From: Alphaproteobacteria bacterium
Lineage (GTDB): Bacteria; Pseudomonadota; Alphaproteobacteria; UBA828
DNA length: 64,000 bases
Direction: 5' to 3'
NCBI GenBank assembly: GCA_965214705.1
Contig: CBDCCI010000002.1
Location: 2,784,001-2,848,000, forward strand
Shown: positions 43,499-53,480 of the stretch, piece by piece
Layout: the number at the start of each line of letters is the position of its first letter
How positions within the stretch are numbered: the stretch's first letter is position 1
Translations under genes and position numbers: made by a program
Notes under the pieces: generated by a model
The model's database searches: none
Told to the model about the DNA's origin: nothing
Seen by the model: only the letters and a program-made list of their open reading frames with translations

Positions 43499-43828
43499 TC
43501 AGTAGGTCGGCATGGCGGGGTCCACCGTGCGCGACCACGCGTCGATGCCGCCGTCCAGATTGACCGCATTGTCGTAACCGCGCCTGTGGAGCCAGGCGGT
43601 GACCTGGGCGCTGCGCTGGCCGTGGTGGCAGAGCACCACCAGCGGGCGGTCCGCAGGCAGAGCGTCGAGCCGGTCGGGCAGCGCGTTCATGGGGATGGTC
43701 AACGCCTCCGGCAGCGCGCCGAGCGCCACCTCCCAGGGCTCCCGCACGTCGAGCAGCGTGTAAGGCCCCTCGCCCGCACGCAGCGCCGCGAATTCCCCGA
43801 CCGAGAGCGCGGGCACCTCGCCGTCCAC
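43499..43828 (-). CDS. Rhodanese-like sulfurtransferase
   Basis: LDVREPWE, CHHGQRS and NLDGGIDAW. Confidence 0.9.
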   Translation of the reverse strand: MDGEVPALSVGEFAALRAGEGPYTLLDVREPWEVALGALPEALTIPMNALPDRLDALPADRPLVVLCHHGQRSAQVTAWLHRRGYDNAVNLDGGIDAWSRTVDPAMPTY

Positions 43829-43831
43829 GAT

Positions 43832-44488
43832 CTAGAACTCGAAACTTATGGGCCGGGCGATACCGGGAAGCGACGGAAGCGTCGCCTCGAACAGGCTGCG
43901 GCTTGAGAGCGCACCCCGGTGCCGCGCCCAGAGGGTTGCCTGCCCGAGCCCGCCGGGCTCGCGCACGACGCCCACGATCCTGCCCGCCTCTGCCAATTGA
44001 TCCGCAAGCGCCTGCGGCAGGTGATCCACCGCGCCGCCCACCAGGATCACGTCGTAGGGCGCCTGTTGGTCATAACCCTCGGCGAGCGGGCCGGTCACCA
44101 CGATCGCGTTGTCGGCACCGACGGCGCTCAATGCACTCTCGGCCTCGGCAGCAAGAGCCTCGTCGACATCCAAAGCGATGACGGTGGCGGCGAGGCGGGC
44201 CATGACCGCCGACGCGTAGCCCGTGCCGCAGCCGACATCGAGGACCATGTCGTTCGCCGTTATGTCGGCTTCCTGCAACAGGCGCGCGAGCACCATGGGC
44301 TCCATCAGGTAACGACCGGACGCGATTTCGACGTCCTCATCCACGTAGGCGACGTCCCGCTTTGCGTGCGGAACGAAGCACTCGCGCGGGATTTCCGCCA
44401 TCGCATCGATCAGCCGCTCGTCGGTGACGCGGTTGGTCATGATTTGGCCCGTGACCATATTGCGGCGCGCGGCAGCGTGGTCGATCAT
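43832..44488 (-). CDS. pcm: Protein-L-isoaspartate O-methyltransferase
   Basis: ARRNMV..Q, LDVGCGTGY and APYDVI. Confidence 0.9.
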   Translation of the reverse strand: MIDHAAARRNMVTGQIMTNRVTDERLIDAMAEIPRECFVPHAKRDVAYVDEDVEIASGRYLMEPMVLARLLQEADITANDMVLDVGCGTGYASAVMARLAATVIALDVDEALAAEAESALSAVGADNAIVVTGPLAEGYDQQAPYDVILVGGAVDHLPQALADQLAEAGRIVGVVREPGGLGQATLWARHRGALSSRSLFEATLPSLPGIARPISFEF

Positions 44489-44618
44489 CTGAGGGAAAAT
44501 TCTTTAGGGGCAGGCGTTTCTGCTTCATTCTAGTGCGGACGACGCATGAATGGCAACGAGGCCGCTCGCCCCGCACAATGAATCACTGATGGCGGCATGT
44601 TTCGGCCGCCATCAATAC

Positions 44619-44665
44619 TTACAACATATCGTCGTTATGTTCTAATCTGTCTCTATATATTGGGG
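44619..44665. promoter_or_regulatory. Tandem NrdR-box-like motifs
   Basis: TTACAACATATCGTCG (44619) and TCTCTATATATTGGGG (44650), 31 bp apart, resemble acaCwAtATaTwGtg. Confidence 0.35.
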
Positions 44666-44764
44666 TATTTGTGTTCTATTGTGGGATCGCCAGCGAGAAA
44701 TACTGCGGCAAAACAGCGAACCAAGCCTCACAACGAAGACGGGTGCGAAGCTCCGACTCGCCTC

Positions 44765-45748
44765 TCACCGCCGGCGGGAGCGGCGCTTCGGTTTCGGCTT
44801 CGGCGGCGGCCCGGAGGGACCCGCCACCAGATGTCCCCGCTCGTTGAACAGGTAGCAGTGCTCTGGCGGATAGCCCGCCGTCTCGCCCTCGCGGTCGATG
44901 TGCTCCGGCCAGATGGCCAGCGTGGCGCGCTCGCCGGCGGCCGCCTCAACGCTCTCGCAGGGGAGCGTGAGGACGGTCCCGTCCTTGAGGCTGACCGTGA
45001 CCGCGTCCATCTCCGTGTCCTCCACGCGCGCGGCGCGGAGCCTCGCGCCGAAGAGCTTTGCCACCCTGCGCGAGGCCGGCCATTTGACGAGCCTCTCCGG
45101 ACTCCCCATCTGCAGCCTGCGGCCTTCGTGGAGGACGACGACCCAATCTGCGATATCCTGCGCCTCTTCGGCGGTCCCGGCGGCATAGACCACGGTGCGG
45201 CCGAACTCATCCCTGAGCCGCTGCATCTCGGAGATGGCGAGCTCGCGGATGTCCGGCTCCTCCTCCGTCGGCAGCTCGAAAAGGTAAACCCCGGGGTCGC
45301 GCACCAGCGCGCGGGCGAGACCGACCTGGTAGCACTGAACATCGGTGAGCTTCTTGGGACGCTGCGCGAGTATGTCGGTGATCCCGAAGTGTTCGCCCAC
45401 GGCGAGCACGCGGGCCTCAATGGTCTCGCGGTCGAAGCGGGCGATCCTGAGCGGATAGGCGATGTTCTCGAGGGCCGTCTTGTGGGGCATCAGTGCCGCT
45501 GAGCGGAAGACCGTCGCCGCTTCCCGAATTCCCTCCCGCTGCCCGAGCACCTCCTCCCCGTCGATCAGGATGGAACCGCCTTGCGGCTTCTCGATCCCGG
45601 CGATGACCTTGAGTGCCGTAAGGCGGCCCGACTCCTCATCGCCCAGGATCGCGGTAATGCGAGCCGACGGCGCCTTCATGCTCAGTTCGTCGAGAATGAC
45701 GCGCCTGTGATGCCAGCGATCGACTTTACGCAGTTCAAGCTCAGCCAT
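44765..45748 (-). CDS. MalK-like ABC ATP-binding protein with degenerate catalytic motifs
   Basis: IAGIE...G.I.IDG, ENIAYPL and LARALVRDP; Walker A reads GDEESGRLT. Confidence 0.78.
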   Translation of the reverse strand: MAELELRKVDRWHHRRVILDELSMKAPSARITAILGDEESGRLTALKVIAGIEKPQGGSILIDGEEVLGQREGIREAATVFRSAALMPHKTALENIAYPLRIARFDRETIEARVLAVGEHFGITDILAQRPKKLTDVQCYQVGLARALVRDPGVYLFELPTEEEPDIRELAISEMQRLRDEFGRTVVYAAGTAEEAQDIADWVVVLHEGRRLQMGSPERLVKWPASRRVAKLFGARLRAARVEDTEMDAVTVSLKDGTVLTLPCESVEAAAGERATLAIWPEHIDREGETAGYPPEHCYLFNERGHLVAGPSGPPPKPKPKRRSRRR

Positions 45749-45759
45749 TGCTCGCCCCG

Positions 45760-46806
45760 TTAAACTTCGAGCACGATCTTGCCAAAGACTGCGCGCGCGG
45801 CAAGTCGCTCGTGAGCGGCGCGCATCTCGGCCAGCGGCAGGACCTGGCCGATAACCGGCCTGAGCGTGCCCTGCTCCATCAGGCGAAGGACCTCGTGGTT
45901 GGTCGACTTCGGCGCGAAGTGGCAGCTCGTCATGGTGATCTGCTTGCGGAAAAACTCGATCATGTCGATCTCGACCTTCTCGCCCGCGTGCGCGCCGCAG
46001 GTCGCCAGGCGCCCGTTGAGCGCAAGCGCGTCGAGGCTTTGCTGTAGCACCGAACCGCCCACCATCTCGATACAGACATCGACGCCGCGGCCATCGGTGA
46101 GGTCGCGCACGGCATCGCCGATTGCCGGCGTCTCGTTGTAGTTGATGACCTCGTCCGCACCAAGCTGCCGAGCACGCGCGAGCTTCTCGTCGGAGCCGGC
46201 GGTGGCGATGATTCGCGCGCCGGCAACACGGGCACACTGGATCGCCGCCGAGCCGACGCCGCTGCCGGCGGCGTTGATGAGCACGTCCTCGCCCTGGCGC
46301 ACCTGCGCCTTCTTCACCACCAGCTCCCAGGCCGTGGCAAAGGCGACCTGCCCCGCCGCCGCGTCCAGCGCCGAGACGCCGTCGGGAATGCGGAGCACGT
46401 TGTGGTGGGAGACCTTCACGTACTCGGCGTAGGTGCCCCAGCAGGTCACGCCCAGCTTCTCGAAATCGAGGCAGATGTTGTCCATGCCGAGCGCGCAGTT
46501 GCACACCCTATGCCGGCAGAGGCCAGACGTGATGGTGAGGAAGGGCATGACCCGGTCGCCGGGGCGGAAGGCGCTCACCGCGACGCCGGTCTCCGCGACC
46601 GTGCCGGCACCTTCCACACCGAGAATGTGCGGCATGTCGAGGCTGAGATAGCCCGAGATGCCGTCGCAGACGTCGAGGTCGAAGTGGTTGAGGCCCACCG
46701 TCTCCAGATTGATGAGCACGTCCTCGGGTCCGACTTCAGGCGTCTCGATATCCTCGTAGACGAGCTCCTCCGGCCCGCCGTGACGGTGGATGACGACCGC
46801 CTTCAT
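45760..46806 (-). CDS. Zinc-binding (MDR) dehydrogenase
   Basis: MKAVV...GGPEEL, PHILGVEGAG, Cys cluster, AAGSGVG and GKIVL. Confidence 0.9.
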   Translation of the reverse strand: MKAVVIHRHGGPEELVYEDIETPEVGPEDVLINLETVGLNHFDLDVCDGISGYLSLDMPHILGVEGAGTVAETGVAVSAFRPGDRVMPFLTITSGLCRHRVCNCALGMDNICLDFEKLGVTCWGTYAEYVKVSHHNVLRIPDGVSALDAAAGQVAFATAWELVVKKAQVRQGEDVLINAAGSGVGSAAIQCARVAGARIIATAGSDEKLARARQLGADEVINYNETPAIGDAVRDLTDGRGVDVCIEMVGGSVLQQSLDALALNGRLATCGAHAGEKVEIDMIEFFRKQITMTSCHFAPKSTNHEVLRLMEQGTLRPVIGQVLPLAEMRAAHERLAARAVFGKIVLEV

Positions 46807-47315
46807 GCCTGCGCACTCCGTTTGACTGCGGCCCGCCTGCGCCTGCGGGCCGGATACTCGGCGGTGGCCACTCTCTCGGTCTGGTCCGCATCGGGCGGCC
46901 CCTTGAGCTCCACCGTGTTGCCGTCCGGGTCGGTGAGGTAGAGCGAGGGGCCGTGGCCGTCGGCGCCGTAGCGCCGCGCGGTCTCGCCCGCCTCGACACC
47001 GCGTCTCTTGAGATAGCGGCGGAGCTTCTTCTCGTCGAAGGCGGCGAGTTTGAGGGCGAAGTGCTCCATGTTGCGCCGCGTCTTGCCCGGCGCGCCGCCG
47101 CCAGGCTTGCCGGCCTTGCTCGCGACGGGAACCAGGTCGATCAGGTTCGCGCCCGCACGCAGCTGGTAGAGCCCGAAGCTCTCGATGCGCCGCTCGACGG
47201 TGCAGCCAAGCACCCGCTTGTACCAATCGAGCGAGGCGTCGATGTCCGCCACCCGGAGCACGACATGGTCCAATCCAAGCACTTCGACGGGACTGGGACG
47301 CGCAGCGGCAGGCAC
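46803..47315 (-). CDS. VOC/glyoxalase family protein
   Basis: LDHVVLRV, HFAL and SLYLTDPDGNTVELK; start uncertain. Confidence 0.85.
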   Translation of the reverse strand: MPAAARPSPVEVLGLDHVVLRVADIDASLDWYKRVLGCTVERRIESFGLYQLRAGANLIDLVPVASKAGKPGGGAPGKTRRNMEHFALKLAAFDEKKLRRYLKRRGVEAGETARRYGADGHGPSLYLTDPDGNTVELKGPPDADQTERVATAEYPARRRRRAAVKRSAQA

Positions 47316-47347
47316 GATCGGAGGTCTCGGTACTGACGACGCGGCGC

Positions 47348-48178
47348 TCAGGCCGCGATCAGCCGTGCGCTCTGGCGCTCGCGCGGGGTCTCCCGCATCA
47401 CCGCGGCCATGTCGGGTGCGTCGTCCGGTCCGACCGGCGTGAGATGGCGGCCGGTGAACGACACCTCCAGGCCATCGTCGCGGAAGGGATAGGGATCGAG
47501 GCTGTAGACGCCGTCGCCCAGCGCCCGGACCTCGATATCGACATCGTCGCCGACACCGCGCGGCACGTTGGCGAAGGTGCTCTCGCCGCGCCCTTCCGGA
47601 TGCACGCAGTTGAAGTAGAGGGCGAACGTGTCGAAGAACTGCAGCGCCTTGTAGTTGGCGAAGAGCCGTTCGTGCTCGACCCAGGGTGCGGTCTCGGGAT
47701 CGTCCTGGAGCACGGCGGTGAGCCGCTCCTGGCGCTGGCGCTCGGTGTTCAGCATGGTCTGGGCGGCGAGCTTGTGCTGCTCCGGCACGATATCGATCAG
47801 CACCTTGTCCGACATGCCGTAGCGCCCGTTGTAGAGGCCCCAGATGTGCATGCTGTCCAGCAGCCCGCAGTAGGCGTGGTGCGCCTCGTTGTACTCGGGC
47901 GAGCGGCAGCCGGTCAGCGTGATGATGGGGATCGGCGTCTCCACCAGGTTGTAGGGAAGACCGGTGGCGGGATCGAGGGGCGGGTTGTCGTCCAGGTCCT
48001 TCCAGCCCTTGTCGTGCCAACGGCAGGCGTAGCGGAAGTAATCGCGCGGCTGGGGTTCCGCGAAGTCGTCGTTCCCGAAATTCTCGGCGAACTGGCCCAC
48101 GAGCTGCAGATGCTCGTCGAGGGTGATGGCGAAGCGGGCGCCGTCCGGCCGCTCTTCTGCCTGGGTCTGGATGATCAT
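47348..48178 (-). CDS. DUF3891-like protein
   Basis: H..L.GQFA..FGN..F, HDKGW, LL.SMH and LDPYPF. Confidence 0.7.
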   Translation of the reverse strand: MIIQTQAEERPDGARFAITLDEHLQLVGQFAENFGNDDFAEPQPRDYFRYACRWHDKGWKDLDDNPPLDPATGLPYNLVETPIPIITLTGCRSPEYNEAHHAYCGLLDSMHIWGLYNGRYGMSDKVLIDIVPEQHKLAAQTMLNTERQRQERLTAVLQDDPETAPWVEHERLFANYKALQFFDTFALYFNCVHPEGRGESTFANVPRGVGDDVDIEVRALGDGVYSLDPYPFRDDGLEVSFTGRHLTPVGPDDAPDMAAVMRETPRERQSARLIAA

Positions 48179-48282
48179 GGCGTCCCCCCTGCGTTCCCGT
48201 CGATCGCAACGGCGGCAAAGCCTGCGCGACCCTATCAAACGCGAGGGAGCGAGTCACGGCGGGCCAAAGGGCGGTGGACGCA

Positions 48283-50508
48283 TCACATGAAGCTGTGGGG
48301 GTCGATGTCCACCTGGAGGCGGGCGCGGGCGCGTCGGTCGAGCGCCGCGAGCCACCGCCGCATGTGAGGTTGGATCAGCGTGCCGCGCGCGGCCTTGAAG
48401 AGAAGGCGGAAGCGGTGGCGGCCGCGCAGGAGCCTGAGCGGTGCCGGCGCGGGGCCCAGCACCTGGATGCCGAGAGTCTTCTCTTCGGCGCGTGCGGTGC
48501 GCGCGAGGGCCGAAGCCGCGCGTAGAGTTTCTGACTCGCTCGGGCCGGACGCGATGACCGCCACAAGGCGGCCGAAGGGCGGCAGGCCATGGGCCGCACG
48601 CGCCGCCGCCTCCTTCTCCATGAAGGAATCGCGGTCGCCGGCGGCGAGCGCTTCGATGACCGGGTGCTCGGCCGCGTAGGTCTGGAGCACCACACGGCCG
48701 GGGCGCCCGCCGCGCCCGGCACGCCCGCCAACCTGGTGGAGCAGCTGATAGGTGCGCTCGGCCGCGCGCATGTCGCCGCCCGCAAGGCCCAGGTCGGCAT
48801 CGACCACGCCCACCAGGGTGAGCTGGGGGAAGTGGTGCCCCTTGGCCACCATCTGCGTGCCGATCAGCACGTCGACCTCGTGAGCCACGATGGCGTCGAC
48901 CAGGTCCTGCACCTGGCTGGGGCCGCGCACCGTGTCGCTGGTAAGCACCGCCCAGCGGGCACCGGGGAAGGCCTCGTCCACCTCCTCGGCGAGCCGCTCG
49001 ACCCCCGGCCCGCAGGCGGCGAAGCTCCCCTCCGCCTCGCAGGCCGGGCAGGCCTCGGGCTGCGCCCGCTGGAAGCCGCAATGATGGCAGTCCAGCGTGC
49101 CGGCGAAGCGGTGCTCCACCAGCCAGGCGCTGCAGTTGGGGCAGTGGAAGCGGTGACCGCAGGCGCGGCAGAGCGTGAGCGGCGCGTAGCCTCGCCGGTT
49201 GAGGAAGAGCAGCGCCTGCTCGCCGGCGTCCAGGGTCTCGGCAAGGGCCGTGCGCAACGCCGGTGCGAGCCAGGTGCCGCGTGCCGGCGGTGTCTCGCGC
49301 AGGTCGACGGTCTCGATCGCCGGCAGTTGCGCACCGCCGTGGCGGTCCGGCAGGCGCTCGCGCTCATAGCGGCCGTTCTCGACGTTGACCATGGTCTCCA
49401 ACGACGGCGTGGCCGACACCAGGACGATCGGACAGCCTTCGAAGCGCGCGCGCACCACCGCCATGTCACGGGCGTGATAGATGACGCCGTCCTCCTGCTT
49501 GAAGGCGGCGTCGTGCTCCTCGTCGACCACGATGAGGCCGAGGGTGCGGAAGGGTAGCCACAGCGCAGACCGTGCGCCGACCACCACCTGCGCCCGGCCC
49601 TCGGCGACGGCGCGCCAGGTCTCGCGCCGCTGGCGCGTGCCGAGCTCGGAATGCCAGACGGCGGGTTCCACACCGAAGCGCGCGCGAAAGCGTGCGAGCC
49701 ATTGGGCGCTCAGCGCGATCTCGGGCAGCATCACCAGCACCTGATGACCCTGATCGAGCGCGGCCGAGACGGCCTCGAAGTAGACCTCGGTCTTGCCGGA
49801 GCCGGTCACGCCGTCGAGAACGGCGACCGAGAACGCCTGGGCGGCAACCTGCCGCCGCAACGCCTCGGCGGCGGCTCCCTGCGCCTGGGACAAGATGGGA
49901 CCCACCCGAGACGTGTCGGGGCGGCCAAAGCTCGCGACCTCGCGCATCGTGATTGCCTCGAGCACACCGAGGGCGGCGAGCCCGCGCACCACCCCGGCAC
50001 TGACGCCGGCCTCGCGCGCGATCTCGGTGGCGGTGCGCGGCGGCCCCTCCCGCAGCAGCGCGACGACGCGCTCCCGCGCGGCGGTCATGCGGGGCGCCTC
50101 GCCGGGCCCCAGCCGGTAGGCGGTGCGTACTGCTGGCGGCTCCAGCGCGCCCGGCACGCTCATCGCCATGCGTAGAACGGACCCTGGGTTGGTCAGCGTG
50201 TAATCGGCCGTCCAGTCGACCAGGCGGCGGAGCGGCTCGGTCATCGGCGGGACCTCCAGCACCGCCGTCACCGGCTTGAGGCGGGCGGGCTCGACGTCGC
50301 CTTCGCCCTCGCCCCAGACCACGCCGATACGCTCCACCCTGCCGAGCGGCACGCGCACGAAGGCGCCGGGCGCGATGGCGGATGTGAGTTCGGCGGGCAC
50401 GGCATAGTCATACGCGCGCTCCAGCGGCAGCGGCATGAGCACGGCGACGGTCGCAGGCGCGCGCGCGCGCTCCCCGCCCCCTCCTCTGCCGTCGGCCGCC
50501 TCGCTCAC
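48283..50508 (-). CDS. priA: Primosomal protein N'
   Basis: GVTGSGKTEVY, DEEHD, Cys-rich region and GTQMVAKGHHF. Confidence 0.97.
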   Translation of the reverse strand: MSEAADGRGGGGERARAPATVAVLMPLPLERAYDYAVPAELTSAIAPGAFVRVPLGRVERIGVVWGEGEGDVEPARLKPVTAVLEVPPMTEPLRRLVDWTADYTLTNPGSVLRMAMSVPGALEPPAVRTAYRLGPGEAPRMTAARERVVALLREGPPRTATEIAREAGVSAGVVRGLAALGVLEAITMREVASFGRPDTSRVGPILSQAQGAAAEALRRQVAAQAFSVAVLDGVTGSGKTEVYFEAVSAALDQGHQVLVMLPEIALSAQWLARFRARFGVEPAVWHSELGTRQRRETWRAVAEGRAQVVVGARSALWLPFRTLGLIVVDEEHDAAFKQEDGVIYHARDMAVVRARFEGCPIVLVSATPSLETMVNVENGRYERERLPDRHGGAQLPAIETVDLRETPPARGTWLAPALRTALAETLDAGEQALLFLNRRGYAPLTLCRACGHRFHCPNCSAWLVEHRFAGTLDCHHCGFQRAQPEACPACEAEGSFAACGPGVERLAEEVDEAFPGARWAVLTSDTVRGPSQVQDLVDAIVAHEVDVLIGTQMVAKGHHFPQLTLVGVVDADLGLAGGDMRAAERTYQLLHQVGGRAGRGGRPGRVVLQTYAAEHPVIEALAAGDRDSFMEKEAAARAAHGLPPFGRLVAVIASGPSESETLRAASALARTARAEEKTLGIQVLGPAPAPLRLLRGRHRFRLLFKAARGTLIQPHMRRWLAALDRRARARLQVDIDPHSFM

Positions 50509-50708
50509 GGCATCCCATCAGCGGCGGCGCGATGGAACCGGCGCAGCGGACGTGCTAAGAGGCCGCCCCAATTCGTCGCAGGCCCGAAGCCGAGTCGAGT
50601 CGCGGATGCTGCGGTCATACTCTCGTCCTGCATCACGCGCGCGCCTGCGTCCAGCCCGATGACGGCCGGGGCCGGCTGAGGGCAGCGGCCCGCAAAGGGA
50701 GCGGCGAC

Positions 50709-51371
50709 ATGAAGTTCTTCGTAGACACCGCGGACATCGCCGAGATCGAGGACCTCGCCGCGACCGGCCTGCTCGACGGCGTGACCACCAATCCCTCGCT
50801 CATCGCCAAGTCCGGCGGCGACTTCTTCGAGGTCATCCGGAACATCTGCGACATCGTGCCGGGGCCCGTGAGTGCCGAGGTCACCGCGACCGACGCCGAG
50901 GCCATGCTTTCCGAAGGCCGGGCGCTCGCCGCCATCGCGCCCAACGTCGCGGTCAAGGTGCCGCTCACCTGGGACGGGCTCAAGGCCTGCCGGGCGCTGA
51001 GCCAGGGCGGCACCAAGGTCAACGTCACGCTCTGCTTCTCGCCGTCCCAGGCGTTGCTGGCGGCGAAGGCCGGCGCCTCCTTCATCTCGCCCTTCGTCGG
51101 CCGTCTCGACGACATCAGCCAGGACGGCATGGGCCTGATTCGCGAGATCGCGACGATCTACGGCGCTTATCCCGACACCATTAACACCGAAATCCTGGTC
51201 GCGTCGATCCGCCACCCGCTCCACGTCGTGGAGGCCGCGAAGCTCGGTGCCGATGTGGCGACGGTGCCGCCGGCGGTGCTGCGCAAGCTCGCCAGCCACC
51301 CGCTCACAGACAAGGGGCTCGACGCCTTCCTCGCCGACTGGCAGAAGACGGGGCAATCGATTTTGCCATGA
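50709..51371 (+). CDS. fsa: Fructose-6-phosphate aldolase/transaldolase
   Basis: [15 protein letters not shown] and [10 protein letters not shown]. Confidence 0.93.
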   Translation: MKFFVDTADIAEIEDLAATGLLDGVTTNPSLIAKSGGDFFEVIRNICDIVPGPVSAEVTATDAEAMLSEGRALAAIAPNVAVKVPLTWDGLKACRALSQGGTKVNVTLCFSPSQALLAAKAGASFISPFVGRLDDISQDGMGLIREIATIYGAYPDTINTEILVASIRHPLHVVEAAKLGADVATVPPAVLRKLASHPLTDKGLDAFLADWQKTGQSILP

Positions 51372-52321
51372 GCGAGCCTCCGCCTCTGCCGGCCGCAGCC
51401 GACCTGGCCACGGCGGTGGAGACCTGGCTTAGCCGCCTCGCCGACGAGCGGCGGCGCGCCGACAACACCATCGCCGCCTACCGGCGCGACCTCGACGACT
51501 TCCTGGGGTTTCTGGCGGAGCATCGGGGCGAGGTGCCCGATCTCGCGGCGCTCGGTGCGCTCGGCGTCCGCGACGTGCGTGCCTGGCTCGCGCGCCGGGC
51601 GGCGGACGGCCTCGCCAAGACCTCCACCGCACGGGCGCTCTCCGCCGTCCGCGTCTTTTTCCGATACCTGGAACGCGAAGGCGTGCCCGTCTCCTCGGCG
51701 CTTTCCCTGGTGCGGGCGCCGAAGACACCGCGCGGCGTGCCCCGGCCGCTCACCGAGGGCCAGGCCAAGGCAGTCGTCGCGCTGAACAGAGAGGAGGGCG
51801 CGCCGCCCGATTGGACCGCCCGCCGCGATATCGCGGTGCTGCTGCTGCTCTACGGTTGCGGGCTCCGCATCGGCGAGGCGCTGGGACTCGACCGTGCCGA
51901 TGCGCCGGCCGAGGGTGGAACGCTGCGCAGCCTGATGATCACGGGCAAGGGCGGCAAGCAGCGGGTGGTGCCAGTGCTGCCCGTCGTCGCCGAGGCAATC
52001 GCCGACTACCTCGCGGCCTGCCCGCATTCGCTGGAGCCGGGCGATCCGCTCTTCGTCGGCGTGCGCGGCAAGCGGCTTCAGCCAAAGCTGGTGCAGCAGA
52101 CGATGGCGCGGCTGCGTGGCGCGCTCGGCCTGCCGGAATCGGCGACGCCGCACGCGCTCCGCCACAGCTTCGCCACCCACCTGCTCGCAGGCGGCGGGGA
52201 TCTCCGCACGATCCAGGAGCTGCTCGGCCACGCGAGCCTCTCCACCACGCAGCGCTACACCGAGGTCGACGAGGCCGGGCTCCTCGCGGCTTACGCGGCG
52301 GCCCACCCGCGCGCAGGCTGA
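51368..52321 (+). CDS. xerC: Tyrosine recombinase XerC
   Basis: [24 protein letters not shown] and [13 protein letters not shown]; fsa/priA context. Confidence 0.9.
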   Translation: MSEPPPLPAAADLATAVETWLSRLADERRRADNTIAAYRRDLDDFLGFLAEHRGEVPDLAALGALGVRDVRAWLARRAADGLAKTSTARALSAVRVFFRYLEREGVPVSSALSLVRAPKTPRGVPRPLTEGQAKAVVALNREEGAPPDWTARRDIAVLLLLYGCGLRIGEALGLDRADAPAEGGTLRSLMITGKGGKQRVVPVLPVVAEAIADYLAACPHSLEPGDPLFVGVRGKRLQPKLVQQTMARLRGALGLPESATPHALRHSFATHLLAGGGDLRTIQELLGHASLSTTQRYTEVDEAGLLAAYAAAHPRAG

Positions 52322-52369
52322 CGGTCGCTGGCCCAGGCGCCGGGCAGTGCCGGGGTCAGACGATCATGG

Positions 52370-52906
52370 TCAGGCGGCCTTGGCCTGGGCGATAGATTCC
52401 ACGTAGGCCAGCATGGTCTCTGCGTCGGAGACCTCGAAGGGGTCGCCTGCCGCGTTGTCGCAGAACCCCGGCTCCACGAACATCTTCGTGATCTCACCGT
52501 CTTCCGCCAGCATGGAGTAGCGCCAGCTGCGCAGGCCAAAGCCGAGATTGTCCTTGTCCACCAGCATGCCCATGAAGCGCGTGAAGGTGCAGGAGCCGTC
52601 CGGCAACAAGGTGACGTCTTCGACTCCCTGGTGCTTGCCCCACTGGTACATGACGAAGGCGTCGTTGACCGCGAGACAGATCACCTCGTCGATGCCGGCC
52701 TCCATGAATCGATCGTGCAGCGCCTCGTAGCCGGGCAGATGGGTGCTGCTGCAGGTCGGCGTAAAGGCGCCCGGCAGCGCGAACAGCACCACCCGGCGGC
52801 CGTTGAAGATCTCGGCGCTGGTCCGGTCCTGCCAACGGAACGGGTTCGGTCCCTCGACACTCTCGTCGCGGACGCGGGTCTTGAATGTCACCTCTGGTAC
52901 ACGCAT
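52370..52906 (-). CDS. Peroxiredoxin (Prx5-like)
   Basis: [20 protein letters not shown] and RSWRYSM. Confidence 0.92.
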   Translation of the reverse strand: MRVPEVTFKTRVRDESVEGPNPFRWQDRTSAEIFNGRRVVLFALPGAFTPTCSSTHLPGYEALHDRFMEAGIDEVICLAVNDAFVMYQWGKHQGVEDVTLLPDGSCTFTRFMGMLVDKDNLGFGLRSWRYSMLAEDGEITKMFVEPGFCDNAAGDPFEVSDAETMLAYVESIAQAKAA

Positions 52907-52942
52907 GGCTCTTGCTCCTGATCCGGAATAGGTCCTGATATG

Positions 52943-52971
52943 CAAATAAGAACTATTATAATCTATGTCAA
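52943..52971 (-). promoter_or_regulatory. Sigma70-type promoter with Fur/PerR/Irr-like box
   Basis: Minus strand TTGACA followed by TTATAATAGTTCTTA, upstream of the peroxiredoxin gene. Confidence 0.45.
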
Positions 52972-53021
52972 GGACCAAAGTGCATGCGCTTCCGGCAGTC
53001 GCGCCGGAGGCAGCGCCGAAC

Positions 53022-53471
53022 CTACGGCGCGACCGGGTTGAGCGTCGTCAGCCCCTCGTTGGCCGCGGCTTCGCAGAGGCGCATGTCCGCACAGACGAGC
53101 GTCACCGGCTCGGGCGAGCTCTCGCGCACGACGAGACAGCCCGCAAGCTGAAGCGCGTCGTAAGCGCGGAGCGGGTGCCGGTCGATCAGCCGGGCGGCCT
53201 CCTCCATCACCGCCGATGTCAACGGCTGCACCAGGAAGAGCGCCGCAGCGTCGTCCTCGATTTGCCTCAAAATCCGCTCTGCGTCCGGACCCGAGATGTC
53301 GCCTTCACGCTCACGCCGCCGGATCGCCGAGTGGGCTTCGACCTTCGTGAGGTCCAGAATGACCACTTGGCCATCCTCGGCGTCCTCCACGATGTGCGTG
53401 ACCCGATCCGCCCCGTCTTCCTCGATGTAGAGCTTGAGCAGCGCGCTCGTGTCCAGATAGACGCTCGCCAT
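53022..53471 (-). CDS. vapC: VapC-family PIN domain toxin
   Basis: [22 protein letters not shown] and VCAD.RL..AA. Confidence 0.9.
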   Translation of the reverse strand: MASVYLDTSALLKLYIEEDGADRVTHIVEDAEDGQVVILDLTKVEAHSAIRRREREGDISGPDAERILRQIEDDAAALFLVQPLTSAVMEEAARLIDRHPLRAYDALQLAGCLVVRESSPEPVTLVCADMRLCEAAANEGLTTLNPVAP

Positions 53472-53480
53472 TCGACCGCC

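Noticed and set aside
51368-52321. xerC or the 3741-4619 integrase as the prophage integrase
   Set aside because: xerC is in its housekeeping context, and the other belongs to the IS91-like element; both are far from the structural operon.
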